Below, one piece after another: positions 48,681-58,073 of a stretch of DNA of 64,000 nt; position 1 is the stretch's first letter, and the number at the start of each line of letters is the position of its first letter. The position numbers were made by a program, and so were the translations under genes. The notes beneath the pieces are model-generated. The model made no database searches. It was given only the letters and a program-made list of their open reading frames with translations, and was not told the origin of the DNA. The stretch is from a virus: positions 1 through 64,000 of the IMG/VR virus record IMGVR_UViG_3300048920_000015. One strand, written 5' to 3'.

Positions 48681-51046
48681 TATTGTCTCTCCGCTTGTTG
48701 TGCTCTGGCAGCCCCGAAAGCATCACGCAGGGCTTGCTTAGCTAGTTCTTGAACATGTGGAGCCATCTGCTGTGCAATCTCTTTAGCGTCAGAACCCGGA
48801 GGCGCTGTCACAGTTAGAGAGAGTCCGTTGATATTGATTGTTGGAGGTTTTGCATCCATAGGAATCATACCAACTGGCGATTGACTTCCAGCGTTTGTTT
48901 GTTGAGGCATCCCAGAGTTTTGTCTGTGAGCATCCATCCAACTTGCACCCGAATCAAGTGCACTGTTGAAACCATTCTTAAGCTTTGGAAGGTAGTATCT
49001 GGCAGGGGCAAAGAGTGGGTTATTATCGATCAACACTTGTTTTGGACCCGGTAGGTTCTCTACAGCCTGCTTCCAATCACCACGCATAAGTGCGGCGATT
49101 CTCTGCATAGCCCCTTCAATCATCTCAAGCTGTTCTCTCACTTTCTTCAGAGCTTCAAGGAACACATCGTTCATTGTCACGTCTTTGAAGTTGAGGTCAT
49201 TCATGACTGGTTCAAGTGCATAACCGATGTCGTCAATGGAAGCTTTCAGTCCGTCCCATGCCTGAGACATCTTGTCAATCTCTTCAATCGCACCCGGAGT
49301 TTCAGCTACAATCTTACCAAAGATGGAGTCACCACCATTGAAGTAGGTAGCCAAGTCATCCAATACAACGATCAAACCACCAACGGCAATAGCCACTTCA
49401 CCAAAAGGAAGAAGTAGAATACCGACAGCAGCTGCGAATGTTGCAAGAGCACCTTTAGTGACTCCCAACTTGTCAGCAAACATCTGCCAGTTCTCACCTA
49501 GGACACCAAGCAAGTGGATAAATGCAGTAACTGGTGTCATCAGGATTTGGAATGCTTCACCAAGACCTTCAATCAAAGGCTTAGCTCTTTCCAAAGCTTC
49601 AGCAGTTGTGTTGAAGAATGTCGCCATCCCTTTGTCAAAGCCCGCGTTAGAGAAGATTGTAACAGCAACTTCGAACTCACGGTTCATACGACCTTGAGCT
49701 ACACGTGTTGTTTCCAACGATCTTCTGTAAGCATCGTTCTTCTCAGACAGGTCTTTCATCAATCTACCAAGTTCTGGTAGGATTTTCTTAGGGTCAGCTT
49801 TACCCTTCTGCATCAGGTCGTTAAACTCTGCTACAGTTCCGTTCTTAGTTTGTCCAGAGTTCTTAGCAGCCTGAGCAAGCAAGGCCATACCGTTAGGCAT
49901 ACGTTCAGCGAACTGTTGACGTGCCTCTTCAGATTGAATCTTGTCCTTACCGAACATTTGACTCAAGGCAACCATACTACCCTTCATAGACTCTTTAGAA
50001 AGTCCGTGAACAGTACCGTATTGCATGATCCCACGGAACATGTCTTGGGTGCCTTTAACACCTACAGATGGTGCAGCAGCTTGGTAGATGCTGGAATACT
50101 GAGGTGCAACATCTCTGAAGTTAAGACCCATTTCTTTGGTCAAGTTCTTCAGGTAGTTGTTGTTGGAGTTGAAGTTCTCTTTACTCCCAGAGACGGCCTC
50201 CAAGCTGTTTGTAGCGGCTGTAACCTTCTGGTTGATATCGTTGATCTGGCTGATTGCGAACGCAGCTCCTAGACCCGGAATAGCGCCTCTGGCGAAGCCC
50301 ATAGCAGCAGACAAGCCACGCTCTCCCTGTCTGTAACCACCACGGCCACCCTCACGTCTGCCACGCTCACCGCCGAAGTCTCCACGTGCACCAACACGGA
50401 TAGAGAACTCGTGGGAAGCAATAGCAGCTCGGATTTCATTGATGAGGTGTTGTCTGTCAACAGCCAGTCTTACTTGTGGGTCTGCTACTCTGATTCTCAA
50501 CTTACCAGCAGCACGGCTTGCTCTTCTCAAGGCCCATCTTAGTTTGGTTAGAAGCTCACGTGTGTCAACTTCAACTTGTAGTTTGATTGGGTTTTCTTTG
50601 GCAGCTTTCTTAGTGGCAGCACGAAGTCTTTTCTCAAGGCCAAGCAGGTTCATCTTAATTGGAAGAACCATGCTCATCTGGCCCATCATAGTTTTGATGA
50701 ACTTCTTCTGACCCACCAGCTGGGAAACATCAAACTTAACGTTCTTCAGATTGATTGTAGTTTTGTCAAGGTAGTCTTGAATACGCTTACCCTGCATACG
50801 GAGAGCTTCTTCAGACACATCGACGTTCTTCAAACTAATCTTTGTGTTTGTGGCCTTCTCAATCTGACTGCGGAGCGATTTGCTATCAAGAGCAACCTTC
50901 ACTGTAAATTTCTTGTTGGCGAGCGTCGAAAGCTCGCGTAGCATATTAATTACGCCACCGAGCCTCTTTTCGAACGTAACCAGTGGACGGGCATCAACGT
51001 TAAACTTCAACGTACCCGTCAGGCGAGCAATTTCCTCTTGTAGCAT
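48680..51046 (-). CDS. tape measure protein, 788 aa
   Basis: Long helical protein with central Gly-rich and hydrophobic segments, directly after the frameshifted chaperone. Confidence 0.85.
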   Translation of the reverse strand: MLQEEIARLTGTLKFNVDARPLVTFEKRLGGVINMLRELSTLANKKFTVKVALDSKSLRSQIEKATNTKISLKNVDVSEEALRMQGKRIQDYLDKTTINLKNVKFDVSQLVGQKKFIKTMMGQMSMVLPIKMNLLGLEKRLRAATKKAAKENPIKLQVEVDTRELLTKLRWALRRASRAAGKLRIRVADPQVRLAVDRQHLINEIRAAIASHEFSIRVGARGDFGGERGRREGGRGGYRQGERGLSAAMGFARGAIPGLGAAFAISQINDINQKVTAATNSLEAVSGSKENFNSNNNYLKNLTKEMGLNFRDVAPQYSSIYQAAAPSVGVKGTQDMFRGIMQYGTVHGLSKESMKGSMVALSQMFGKDKIQSEEARQQFAERMPNGMALLAQAAKNSGQTKNGTVAEFNDLMQKGKADPKKILPELGRLMKDLSEKNDAYRRSLETTRVAQGRMNREFEVAVTIFSNAGFDKGMATFFNTTAEALERAKPLIEGLGEAFQILMTPVTAFIHLLGVLGENWQMFADKLGVTKGALATFAAAVGILLLPFGEVAIAVGGLIVVLDDLATYFNGGDSIFGKIVAETPGAIEEIDKMSQAWDGLKASIDDIGYALEPVMNDLNFKDVTMNDVFLEALKKVREQLEMIEGAMQRIAALMRGDWKQAVENLPGPKQVLIDNNPLFAPARYYLPKLKNGFNSALDSGASWMDAHRQNSGMPQQTNAGSQSPVGMIPMDAKPPTININGLSLTVTAPPGSDAKEIAQQMAPHVQELAKQALRDAFGAARAQQAERQ

Positions 51047-51056
51047 ATAGCCTCAC

Positions 51057-51685
51057 TTAGCTGTTATTGGCGTTGGCCTGTTGTTGCTGTTGGATACGTG
51101 CAACATCATCCATCTCAAACTTAGCATCAAGCAGTTCAATGATGTTGTAGATGTCCTCTACGTTGCAGATTGTTTGCAACTCAACGTAGGTTGGGAGTCC
51201 TCTAAGCTCGCTTGTTACGATCCTAAAGACTTCCCAATCTTGTGAGTAGCCCTCTTCAACTTTCCTCAGTCGAGGGTGTTGGTGATTAGCAACCTGTGGT
51301 TCCGCGTTAGAGGGTTGAGGTCCACTTACAGGACGCCGGAACCTAGCATCTGAAAAACCGATCCGTAGTTAAACTCCACAACTTCTTTTACCAACAGGAA
51401 CAGCTTGTCGTATTCACCAGCAAACTCTACGTTGAAGTTGATCGCCATATTACCTTTTGTAGCACCAGTAACAAGGGCGATGATCAAAGCTTCAGAGTTG
51501 TCGTCTAGGTTGTCGAACAGAATTTCAAGAGCTTTTGCAACGCTTGCTTCTTCACCTTGCAGAGCTGCGAACGAAGGTCCGAGAGTTTTGATAAGCTGCT
51601 TGCCAAGTTTCAAACCAACCATACCGTTGAAGTGAGTCAGAGTATAAACTTCACCTTTGATTGTAATTTCTTTTTGTTGAATCAT
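51057..51685 (-). CDS. tail assembly chaperone, -1 frameshift product (gpGT analogue), about 209 aa
   Basis: The -1 frame opens at 51368 and runs to a TAA at 51057..51059. It overlaps the last 41 nt of the G-like ORF. Confidence 0.5.
51326..51685 (-). CDS. tail assembly chaperone (gpG analogue), 119 aa
   Basis: Track ORF. Position between the tube genes and the tape measure. Confidence 0.7.
   Translation of the reverse strand: MIQQKEITIKGEVYTLTHFNGMVGLKLGKQLIKTLGPSFAALQGEEASVAKALEILFDNLDDNSEALIIALVTGATKGNMAINFNVEFAGEYDKLFLLVKEVVEFNYGSVFQMLGSGVL
51353..51359 (-). promoter_or_regulatory. candidate -1 slippery site G GUU UUU (C)
   Basis: It is the only homopolymeric run inside the 41-nt window where both frames are open. 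Imperfect X XXY YYZ. Confidence 0.4.
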
Positions 51686-51699
51686 TTTATATCTCCTAA

Positions 51700-52233
51700 T
51701 TAAGAAAAGTAACCAGCCACAGCTCCAAGGCCATCGTCAATAAGACCACCAACCTTGTCTGCTGCACCAGATAGAATGTCCGAGATGTCAATCCCGTTAG
51801 AGGCGTTACCACCAATGTTTCCAGAACCAACGACGAACGATAGAATTTCAATTTCCCATTTACGGGTTGTGATGCCTTCAGCATTGAAGCTTAGGTCAGG
51901 GAATGTGCGTAGGTATGCACTCGATGATGTGAATCGAGATGTACCAGAGGAATCTTTCAGGCTTACTTCAAGCAACCCAGAGTGGGCTTGTGCGTCTTGT
52001 AGGACGATGCTCGTAAAAACATCGTTAGCCACAGATGTTGGAAGTAGTTCTACTACGAGGGTGGAGTATCTGTCTGGGTTGTAGACACGTGTGTGCTGTC
52101 CACGGATTCCTCTATGGACGCTGAACACTTCAGATTTCCACTGAAGGTTGATACTCACGACACCGGGGATAATGTATCCGGCAACAATAATAGTAACACT
52201 GGATGGATCATACGTCAAGACAGAACCAGACAT
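51700..52233 (-). CDS. tail tube paralogue 3 (DUF3277-like), 177 aa
   Basis: Aligns with the two upstream paralogues (N-terminal Y.PS.V.I...G, central L..S..ND). Confidence 0.65.
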   Translation of the reverse strand: MSGSVLTYDPSSVTIIVAGYIIPGVVSINLQWKSEVFSVHRGIRGQHTRVYNPDRYSTLVVELLPTSVANDVFTSIVLQDAQAHSGLLEVSLKDSSGTSRFTSSSAYLRTFPDLSFNAEGITTRKWEIEILSFVVGSGNIGGNASNGIDISDILSGAADKVGGLIDDGLGAVAGYFS

Positions 52234-52242
52234 AAATACTCC

Positions 52243-52752
52243 TTAAATGATTTGGAAAGTTTTCAAAGCTGGTAGAACAGAAGCACCAAGACCAAGGATA
52301 GAACTCAGGTCTGTTTCGCCGTTACCGTTACCACCAATATTCACAAGTACGTCTGTAGCTGCGAAACGCCATGTACGGGTTTCTAGTTGGCTGGAGAAGA
52401 TGATGTCTGGCACCTCTTCGATCCAAGCTGTAGCAGCCATAAACATTGTGCTTCCACTTCCATCTTTAATGAACAGTGGGAATTTGCCCATCCCTGTAAC
52501 CTTGTCTACGTTCCAGAGAGTGGAGAGAATGTCGTTACCACTGGAAGACTGTGCTAGGGTGATTTCAACTCTCCAGCCAGTGTCAGGGGATTTAATTCGT
52601 GACATAGTTCCGTCCATTGCTCGGACAGTTGTCACTTGTTGTGTGTCTTTGGTGATTCTTACGAAAGTACCTTCAGCAAAGCCTGTAACAGAATACAGAC
52701 CAGCGATAGTGATAGACACATCACTTGGGGAATAGTTAAGCAGGCTGGACAT
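52243..52752 (-). CDS. tail tube paralogue 2 (DUF3277-like), 169 aa
   Basis: Track ORF trimmed to MSSLLNYSPSDVSITIAG after AGGAGG. Confidence 0.65.
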   Translation of the reverse strand: MSSLLNYSPSDVSITIAGLYSVTGFAEGTFVRITKDTQQVTTVRAMDGTMSRIKSPDTGWRVEITLAQSSSGNDILSTLWNVDKVTGMGKFPLFIKDGSGSTMFMAATAWIEEVPDIIFSSQLETRTWRFAATDVLVNIGGNGNGETDLSSILGLGASVLPALKTFQII

Positions 52753-52762
52753 TTTGTACCTC

Positions 52763-52801
52763 CTAAGAAAAAGAAAAGGGGCCGCCACGAATGGAAGCCC
52801 C
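52763..52801 (-). terminator. strong terminator (10-bp stem, UUCG loop, TTTTCTTTTTC) after the first tube gene
   Basis: GGGGCTTCCA-TTCG-TGGCGGCCCC on the minus strand. Confidence 0.7.
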
Positions 52802-52825
52802 TTAACGAATGTGTTGCGATTGCTA

Positions 52826-53350
52826 TTAAGCTTGAAGCCACTTAGCGGCGATAGTCCCGCCAAGGGTTTCGATTGTATTCTGATCTTCTGGAGTCAGGAT
52901 TGCGTTACCACCAGCATAGCCGTCAAGGTTGAAAGCTTGGATAACCCAGTCACGTGTCATCATACTGTTAGAGAAACCAGCGTTAGGACGAACACCAATG
53001 TAAGCATCATCAGAGAAGTAGATGGAACGGCCAGAGGCGTCCTTCACTTGAACCGAGAACAGTCCATCAGAGTTACGGCCATCGTTGTTAAACAACTGAG
53101 ACAGAACATCGTTAGAGGCAGAAGTTTGTTGCAGGCTAACTGTCAACGAGGCAGAGTTACTTGCGTTGAAGACACGTGTTCCTGTGTTGTCAGCACCAGT
53201 GTATAGTGCATAACGAGGGCTGGACCATTCGATGTTAACGATGGAGTCCTCAGAGTACCCGCTGATCTGGTGGGCAATACCAGTGCTCGATTGAGTGATG
53301 ATGATGCTAACATCATTCGGAGCAAACGTAGCAAGACGTTGTGTAGACAT
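52826..53350 (-). CDS. major tail tube protein candidate (paralogue 1, DUF3277-like), 174 aa
   Basis: Directly downstream of the sheath gene. Followed by a terminator. Confidence 0.7.
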   Translation of the reverse strand: MSTQRLATFAPNDVSIIITQSSTGIAHQISGYSEDSIVNIEWSSPRYALYTGADNTGTRVFNASNSASLTVSLQQTSASNDVLSQLFNNDGRNSDGLFSVQVKDASGRSIYFSDDAYIGVRPNAGFSNSMMTRDWVIQAFNLDGYAGGNAILTPEDQNTIETLGGTIAAKWLQA

Positions 53351-53380
53351 TGTGTTCTCCTAGTAAGGATGTAACCGCTA

Positions 53381-54664
53381 TTAAACGGTTACAGTTCCTG
53401 CGATTTTAACGAAGTGGATGGCACCAGCTAGACGTGCTTCAAATTTGATACCTTCGAAGATACGTTGTGCACGTGCGTTAGTAGTCAGAGTTAGAACGTC
53501 TGGCACTGTAACTGTTGGAGCTGGGCTTGGAGACAGACCACCAACACGGATACCGTCATTCAGTTGTCCACGAATCTCAGCTTCGATGATAGCGGCACCA
53601 GCGGCTGTGAAAGGAATTTTCTTGCTGTTAGCCATACGGCTCCACAGACGTTCCTTCATACGAGCTTCTAGCCAGTCAACAAAGATCATTACGTCGATCC
53701 ACTCCCCACCAAACATCTTAGCTCCGATTGTGCTGTTCAAGCCACCAACTGCTTCGTATGTAGATGCGTTCTTGTTGTGAATGTTTGTCGATTCAGTGTC
53801 GCTCAGAACACTAACAGTAACACCAGACAGGGACTTGTAAGCCCATGTGTTAGAACCCGGTTGCTCTTGAAGCTGGTAACCAACCCAAGCACATTCTGGG
53901 AACTCTGTGTCAGCAGTTGCACTGTACAGTCCGAAAGTACGTTGGTAGGCCAGAGCTTTCAGTTGAGAGAAGATGTCAGTTGTTCCTGTTGTCTTAATAG
54001 CAGAAGCCTGAGAAGATGTAGCGAATACTTTCTTCATTCCTTCAATCTGAGCAGCTACAGTCAGAATGTCAGCCTCAAGGTGAGACTCAATCATCACAGC
54101 ATACCAAGTGTTCTCCACTAGGGTAATTTCGTTGATTGTTGTTGCCCAAGACTCTACAGACGGGCTGTTAGCCTGAGACATGTTTGTAGACACTTTCAAA
54201 GAGTAGCCAATTGCAGAAGCTACAGTCAGAGAGCCGTCAAGGTTGTCAGTTACTGTAACACCAGTGATAGGAGTTACGTTGTAAGCAGTTTTAAGTCCAG
54301 CAGCGATCAAGATTGCAGTGTCGCTTCCGCTAGCCACATACGAGAAAGGTGTGTCGTTGATGGTCAAAGTGTAAGAACCGGTAGCAACTGTGCTTACGTT
54401 AACAGTGGAGCTTGGAACTAGTCTGCGTCCGATTGTAATGCGAGCTGGTGTTAGCCCTTGTCCAAACAACTTCTGAGCAGCAATGTACGCTGTGTCAGTT
54501 GGGCCAAAGTCATTTGCTACAGCAACTAGGCTGGAGTACGAACGTGCACGTTCAGCAAACTTAGTGTGTGCAGAGACGAACAGAGGTACGTTGAAGTTTG
54601 TTTGAGTAACAGCAGCGGTTTCGCGGCTGATGTTGATTTCAATAATATCCGTAAGAACGGTCAT
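53381..54664 (-). CDS. tail sheath protein (DUF3383-type), 427 aa
   Basis: Size and position upstream of the tube genes. The N-terminus resembles DUF3383 sheath proteins as I remember them. Confidence 0.7.
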   Translation of the reverse strand: MTVLTDIIEINISRETAAVTQTNFNVPLFVSAHTKFAERARSYSSLVAVANDFGPTDTAYIAAQKLFGQGLTPARITIGRRLVPSSTVNVSTVATGSYTLTINDTPFSYVASGSDTAILIAAGLKTAYNVTPITGVTVTDNLDGSLTVASAIGYSLKVSTNMSQANSPSVESWATTINEITLVENTWYAVMIESHLEADILTVAAQIEGMKKVFATSSQASAIKTTGTTDIFSQLKALAYQRTFGLYSATADTEFPECAWVGYQLQEQPGSNTWAYKSLSGVTVSVLSDTESTNIHNKNASTYEAVGGLNSTIGAKMFGGEWIDVMIFVDWLEARMKERLWSRMANSKKIPFTAAGAAIIEAEIRGQLNDGIRVGGLSPSPAPTVTVPDVLTLTTNARAQRIFEGIKFEARLAGAIHFVKIAGTVTV

Positions 54665-54674
54665 ACGTTATCTC

Positions 54675-55244
54675 CTAGGTAGGTAGAGTGACTTCAAAGT
54701 GAGTCGTGATTGTGTAATCTGGTGGTCGGTTTGCATCGTGATAAACACCAACACCTTCAAGGCCAGTGGCGTAATCCTGTTCAGTTGTGAACTGAGAAGC
54801 GTAGGCAAAAACAGCGTCAAGTTGGTAGATCATGTACATGTCTGTGTCCCTTGGAAGGGGCAGTCTTCGAAGTGTTGTAAGGTTGTAGAGAGACAATCTG
54901 TTCATTGCCTGCAACTCATAACCCCTACTAGACCTCAACTCAACTTGGAGTTGTTGTGCCATCTCGGCTACAGAGATTTGATCATCGTACTTACCAACAA
55001 ACTCAAATCTAACAGAAGCCTCATGGTCTTGAATCGTAGTTTGAATCAGCTTTGTTCCATCTTCACCAATGGTTGGCGTCGAGTTGTATTCTCGACCGCA
55101 AGGATTCAACTTCTTAACGTCGATAACGAGGTAAGGATTAGTTGGCTCACTAGCATTTGTAAACGCAAACAGGATGTTCCAGTCTGGGTGTAGGTCACTC
55201 ACGATGTTGTACAGAGAGTCTTCTAGGTCTTGATAGATGTTCAT
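54675..55244 (-). CDS. tail completion / neck protein, 189 aa
   Basis: Track ORF trimmed to MNIYQD (ATGA overlap). Synteny. Confidence 0.5.
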   Translation of the reverse strand: MNIYQDLEDSLYNIVSDLHPDWNILFAFTNASEPTNPYLVIDVKKLNPCGREYNSTPTIGEDGTKLIQTTIQDHEASVRFEFVGKYDDQISVAEMAQQLQVELRSSRGYELQAMNRLSLYNLTTLRRLPLPRDTDMYMIYQLDAVFAYASQFTTEQDYATGLEGVGVYHDANRPPDYTITTHFEVTLPT

Positions 55245-55609
55245 GTAAGCTCCACCCTCATGCACAAGGCTTTGTAGTGGTTAAGAACTCCCATGTCGTA
55301 ATCAATAACCTTCATAACTTCGTACAGATCACCTTTCCAATAGAATCGGTCAGCAGCATAGCCAGATGGCCCTTCCTTGCGTTGCCTCAGAGCAGCACCC
55401 TTCGTGTACACCTTAAGTGTTGCACGTGTTCTGTCAGCCTCTGGAAGCAGGTAGGTATCTGTGGATTTCAGTACCGGTTGTACGTTGCATACAACTTGAA
55501 CAATACTCTCAGCTCCGGGGCTAGGACGCCCACGGATGATAGTCTCAGCCTCACGGCGGATAATATCTAGAGTTGTGTGCCCAGTTAGGAGCAGTGGTGG
55601 ATTTCTCAT
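55241..55609 (-). CDS. head-tail joining protein, 122 aa
   Basis: Synteny. Confidence 0.5.
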   Translation of the reverse strand: MRNPPLLLTGHTTLDIIRREAETIIRGRPSPGAESIVQVVCNVQPVLKSTDTYLLPEADRTRATLKVYTKGAALRQRKEGPSGYAADRFYWKGDLYEVMKVIDYDMGVLNHYKALCMRVELT

Positions 55610-55618
55610 TTTATACTC

Positions 55619-56095
55619 CTATCGGTGAATGTGGAATTTAACCGACTCGATCATCTTGCCAGTGTCGATAAGTGGTGTGTCTCTACCACCCTTCCTTTTG
55701 ATCGTTGCAGCACTGTTACCACCAGCAGCGGCATACTGTTGGATACTAACTTTCATCAGTTCAGCAGTAATGTTTCCTAGTGACTTCAACAGTCTGATTG
55801 TTGCCGAGCTACCCTTGAGTACATCAAGGAAGACGGCCTTAATGCCTTTAGCCATGTAAAACTGATTCATGTTCTCAGAGAACGTATCAGACATGAAAGG
55901 TCTTTGTGGGTTGTGCACAGTACCGAATTCGTTATAAGCAGCTACAGTAGCTACAGGCAAGTTATGATTCTCGGGGCCATATCTGTCCTCTTCAAAGAAT
56001 CCAACTTCGACTTCCATACCGTCTAATTTGTCCAGCCTCTTTAGGAGAGCTGGGATTTTACTTTCAAGCTTAAAACTGAAGCCCATGACCACCAC
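55619..56095 (-). CDS. HK97 gp10-like head-tail component, 158 aa
   Basis: The ...EFGTVHNPQRPFMSDTF motif is typical of the gp10 family. Confidence 0.55.
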   Translation of the reverse strand: MVVMGFSFKLESKIPALLKRLDKLDGMEVEVGFFEEDRYGPENHNLPVATVAAYNEFGTVHNPQRPFMSDTFSENMNQFYMAKGIKAVFLDVLKGSSATIRLLKSLGNITAELMKVSIQQYAAAGGNSAATIKRKGGRDTPLIDTGKMIESVKFHIHR

Positions 56096-56549
56096 CTACA
56101 CCACAATGATTAAGCTGATCGTAGTTGTACTGCCAGTTGCCACAACCCAAACGGATTGGACGCTCAGTAGCCAACAAGACAGAGTTGTTATCACAGTTGA
56201 TACGGTTGTTGTGCATGTCCTCACGACTGATACCACCAGCATAAGGCATGGCCAAACTGATAGCTGCGTTAGGGTCTTTAAGCATCAATTCCAAGGCTCT
56301 GTAGAAGTTACTGAAGATGTCTCCACCATAAACCTCAATGTCGCCTGTACGTTCACGTGTGAAGCGAGACAGGGTAAACAGAAGTGTACGAGCAGCATCT
56401 AGCGTAGCACGGTTCTCATTGCCGTTATATTTGTCAAGGAAGTACTGATAATCTTCATCATGCAGTAGTTCCATATCGGGCCAAATGTCACCAACGTTCA
56501 AACGAACGCGATCAGTGGCAGAGCCAGCAGGATTGTTTGTATATGGCAT
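56070..56549 (-). CDS. head-tail connector / adaptor, 159 aa
   Basis: First gene after the capsid terminator. Synteny. Confidence 0.5.
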   Translation of the reverse strand: MPYTNNPAGSATDRVRLNVGDIWPDMELLHDEDYQYFLDKYNGNENRATLDAARTLLFTLSRFTRERTGDIEVYGGDIFSNFYRALELMLKDPNAAISLAMPYAGGISREDMHNNRINCDNNSVLLATERPIRLGCGNWQYNYDQLNHCGVGGGHGLQF

Positions 56550-56561
56550 TTGGTTCTCCTA

Positions 56562-56588
56562 AGCAAAGAAAGGGGCGCTCAGCGCCCC
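56562..56588 (-). terminator. rho-independent terminator (GGGGCGC/GCGCCCC plus TTTCTTTGCTT) after the major capsid gene
   Basis: Stem 56572..56588. Confidence 0.65.
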
Positions 56589-56594
56589 AGTCAA

Positions 56595-57650
56595 TTAGGC
56601 ACCAACGATGCCTTTGATTACCAACTGTGGACGGCGAAGCACGTTCAGGAAGTTGGACTCAGTTTGGATTTCGATCATCTGACCACGGTTGTCTCCGTAC
56701 TCGAAAGCGTACAGTTCTTGACCTTCGGTGTTAACGAAGTCGAAGTGGTCGGCTGGGCCGAAGTATTGAACGAAGTTATCGCTGCCCATGTCGCTTGGCA
56801 GGAAGTAGCATTCGTTTGCTGGGATGAAGCGGTTGCCTTCTGGATCAACACCACGGTATTCGATGTACGTGATGTTCCCGATTGTGAACTCGCGGTAACG
56901 AGCGTCATAACCGTTGGCAGTCATACGATCACGCAGGATTTGTGGAGACTGGCTGTAAGCCATCCAAAGCGCTTTAACGCTTGGGTGAGAAGTCAGCTTC
57001 TGGAAGAACTCTGGCGATGCAACAGCCCAGATTTCGCCACGTACAGAACCATCGTGGGCGTTGTCTTGCATTGCTGCAAACACTTGCTCAGTTTTGACGA
57101 TGATGTCAGTTGTAGCTACGTTCAGTTGGAAGTCAACAACAACACGGGTAGCACCAAATTCAGTGTACCAGTCGTAAGTTACGTTACCGTTAGGAGCGTA
57201 AGCAGTACCAGTACGGATGGTGTGCCAGATAGAGGCTTCGTGTGTAGCGGCCCAAGACTTACGGATAACTTCAAGCTTACGTGCACGCACGGCAGCAATT
57301 GTTTCCAGTTGGTCAACACCGAAAGCGCGTTTACCTTGGATATCGCGTGGAGTGATAGAGGCGTCCAGTGTGAAGTGAGGAATCGCAAATGCGTGCATTT
57401 TACGAGTCGGATCACTAATCACAGTGTGACGTGCACCACGGTGAATATCTTTGATCAGGCCGTAACCAGTCTTGATTTCTTCAACAGTGATGGTTTCTTG
57501 AGATGTTGTGTCTTTTGCGAAGATGCCCAATTGAGTTCCAAGGAACCAATCGTTAGGGACGATCATCAGCGGAGCGGACAGGTCAGTGTACTCGTAGTTG
57601 TTGTTAGCGTAGCTACGAACGGCCTGTTTAGCGAGTTGAACTTGAGACAT
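56595..57650 (-). CDS. major capsid protein, lambda gpE-like, 351 aa
   Basis: Size. Lies directly after a gpD-like gene. Strong codon bias. Followed by a terminator. Confidence 0.8.
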   Translation of the reverse strand: MSQVQLAKQAVRSYANNNYEYTDLSAPLMIVPNDWFLGTQLGIFAKDTTSQETITVEEIKTGYGLIKDIHRGARHTVISDPTRKMHAFAIPHFTLDASITPRDIQGKRAFGVDQLETIAAVRARKLEVIRKSWAATHEASIWHTIRTGTAYAPNGNVTYDWYTEFGATRVVVDFQLNVATTDIIVKTEQVFAAMQDNAHDGSVRGEIWAVASPEFFQKLTSHPSVKALWMAYSQSPQILRDRMTANGYDARYREFTIGNITYIEYRGVDPEGNRFIPANECYFLPSDMGSDNFVQYFGPADHFDFVNTEGQELYAFEYGDNRGQMIEIQTESNFLNVLRRPQLVIKGIVGA

Positions 57651-57662
57651 TGAGTCCTCCTA

Positions 57663-58049
57663 TTAAACGTTGTTGTAAGTTAGTTGATCAACAGCGAAGA
57701 TGTTCTTCGTTGCCAGCTTGTCAAAAGCAGTTTGTTTCTGGACATCAGTAGTAACGTCAGAACCAAAGATCAATGCTTTCTTACCAACTTTGGCATGACC
57801 GCGAGCCAGTACAAGTACGCGAGCGTATTCAGCAGCGGCAGGACGTGTCAAGTCGTCAATAAGAATGTATGTGGCGTCAGCCAGGGTTGCAGCTAGAACC
57901 AGTTTACCAGTGCTGTCAAGAACAGACCCAGTGATGGTTGCGTTAACAGCAGACTTCAGCAAAACTTCACGGGTAACGCCAGAACCAGCTTCTTCTTCGT
58001 ATACCAGCCAGTTGCTTAGACGTTGTACATCAGCAGCGTATTGTGCCAT
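57663..58049 (-). CDS. head decoration protein, lambda gpD-like, 128 aa
   Basis: Size and position between the scaffold and the major capsid gene. Confidence 0.6.
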   Translation of the reverse strand: MAQYAADVQRLSNWLVYEEEAGSGVTREVLLKSAVNATITGSVLDSTGKLVLAATLADATYILIDDLTRPAAAEYARVLVLARGHAKVGKKALIFGSDVTTDVQKQTAFDKLATKNIFAVDQLTYNNV

Positions 58050-58073
58050 TTGTAAATCTCCTATAGGGGTAAA

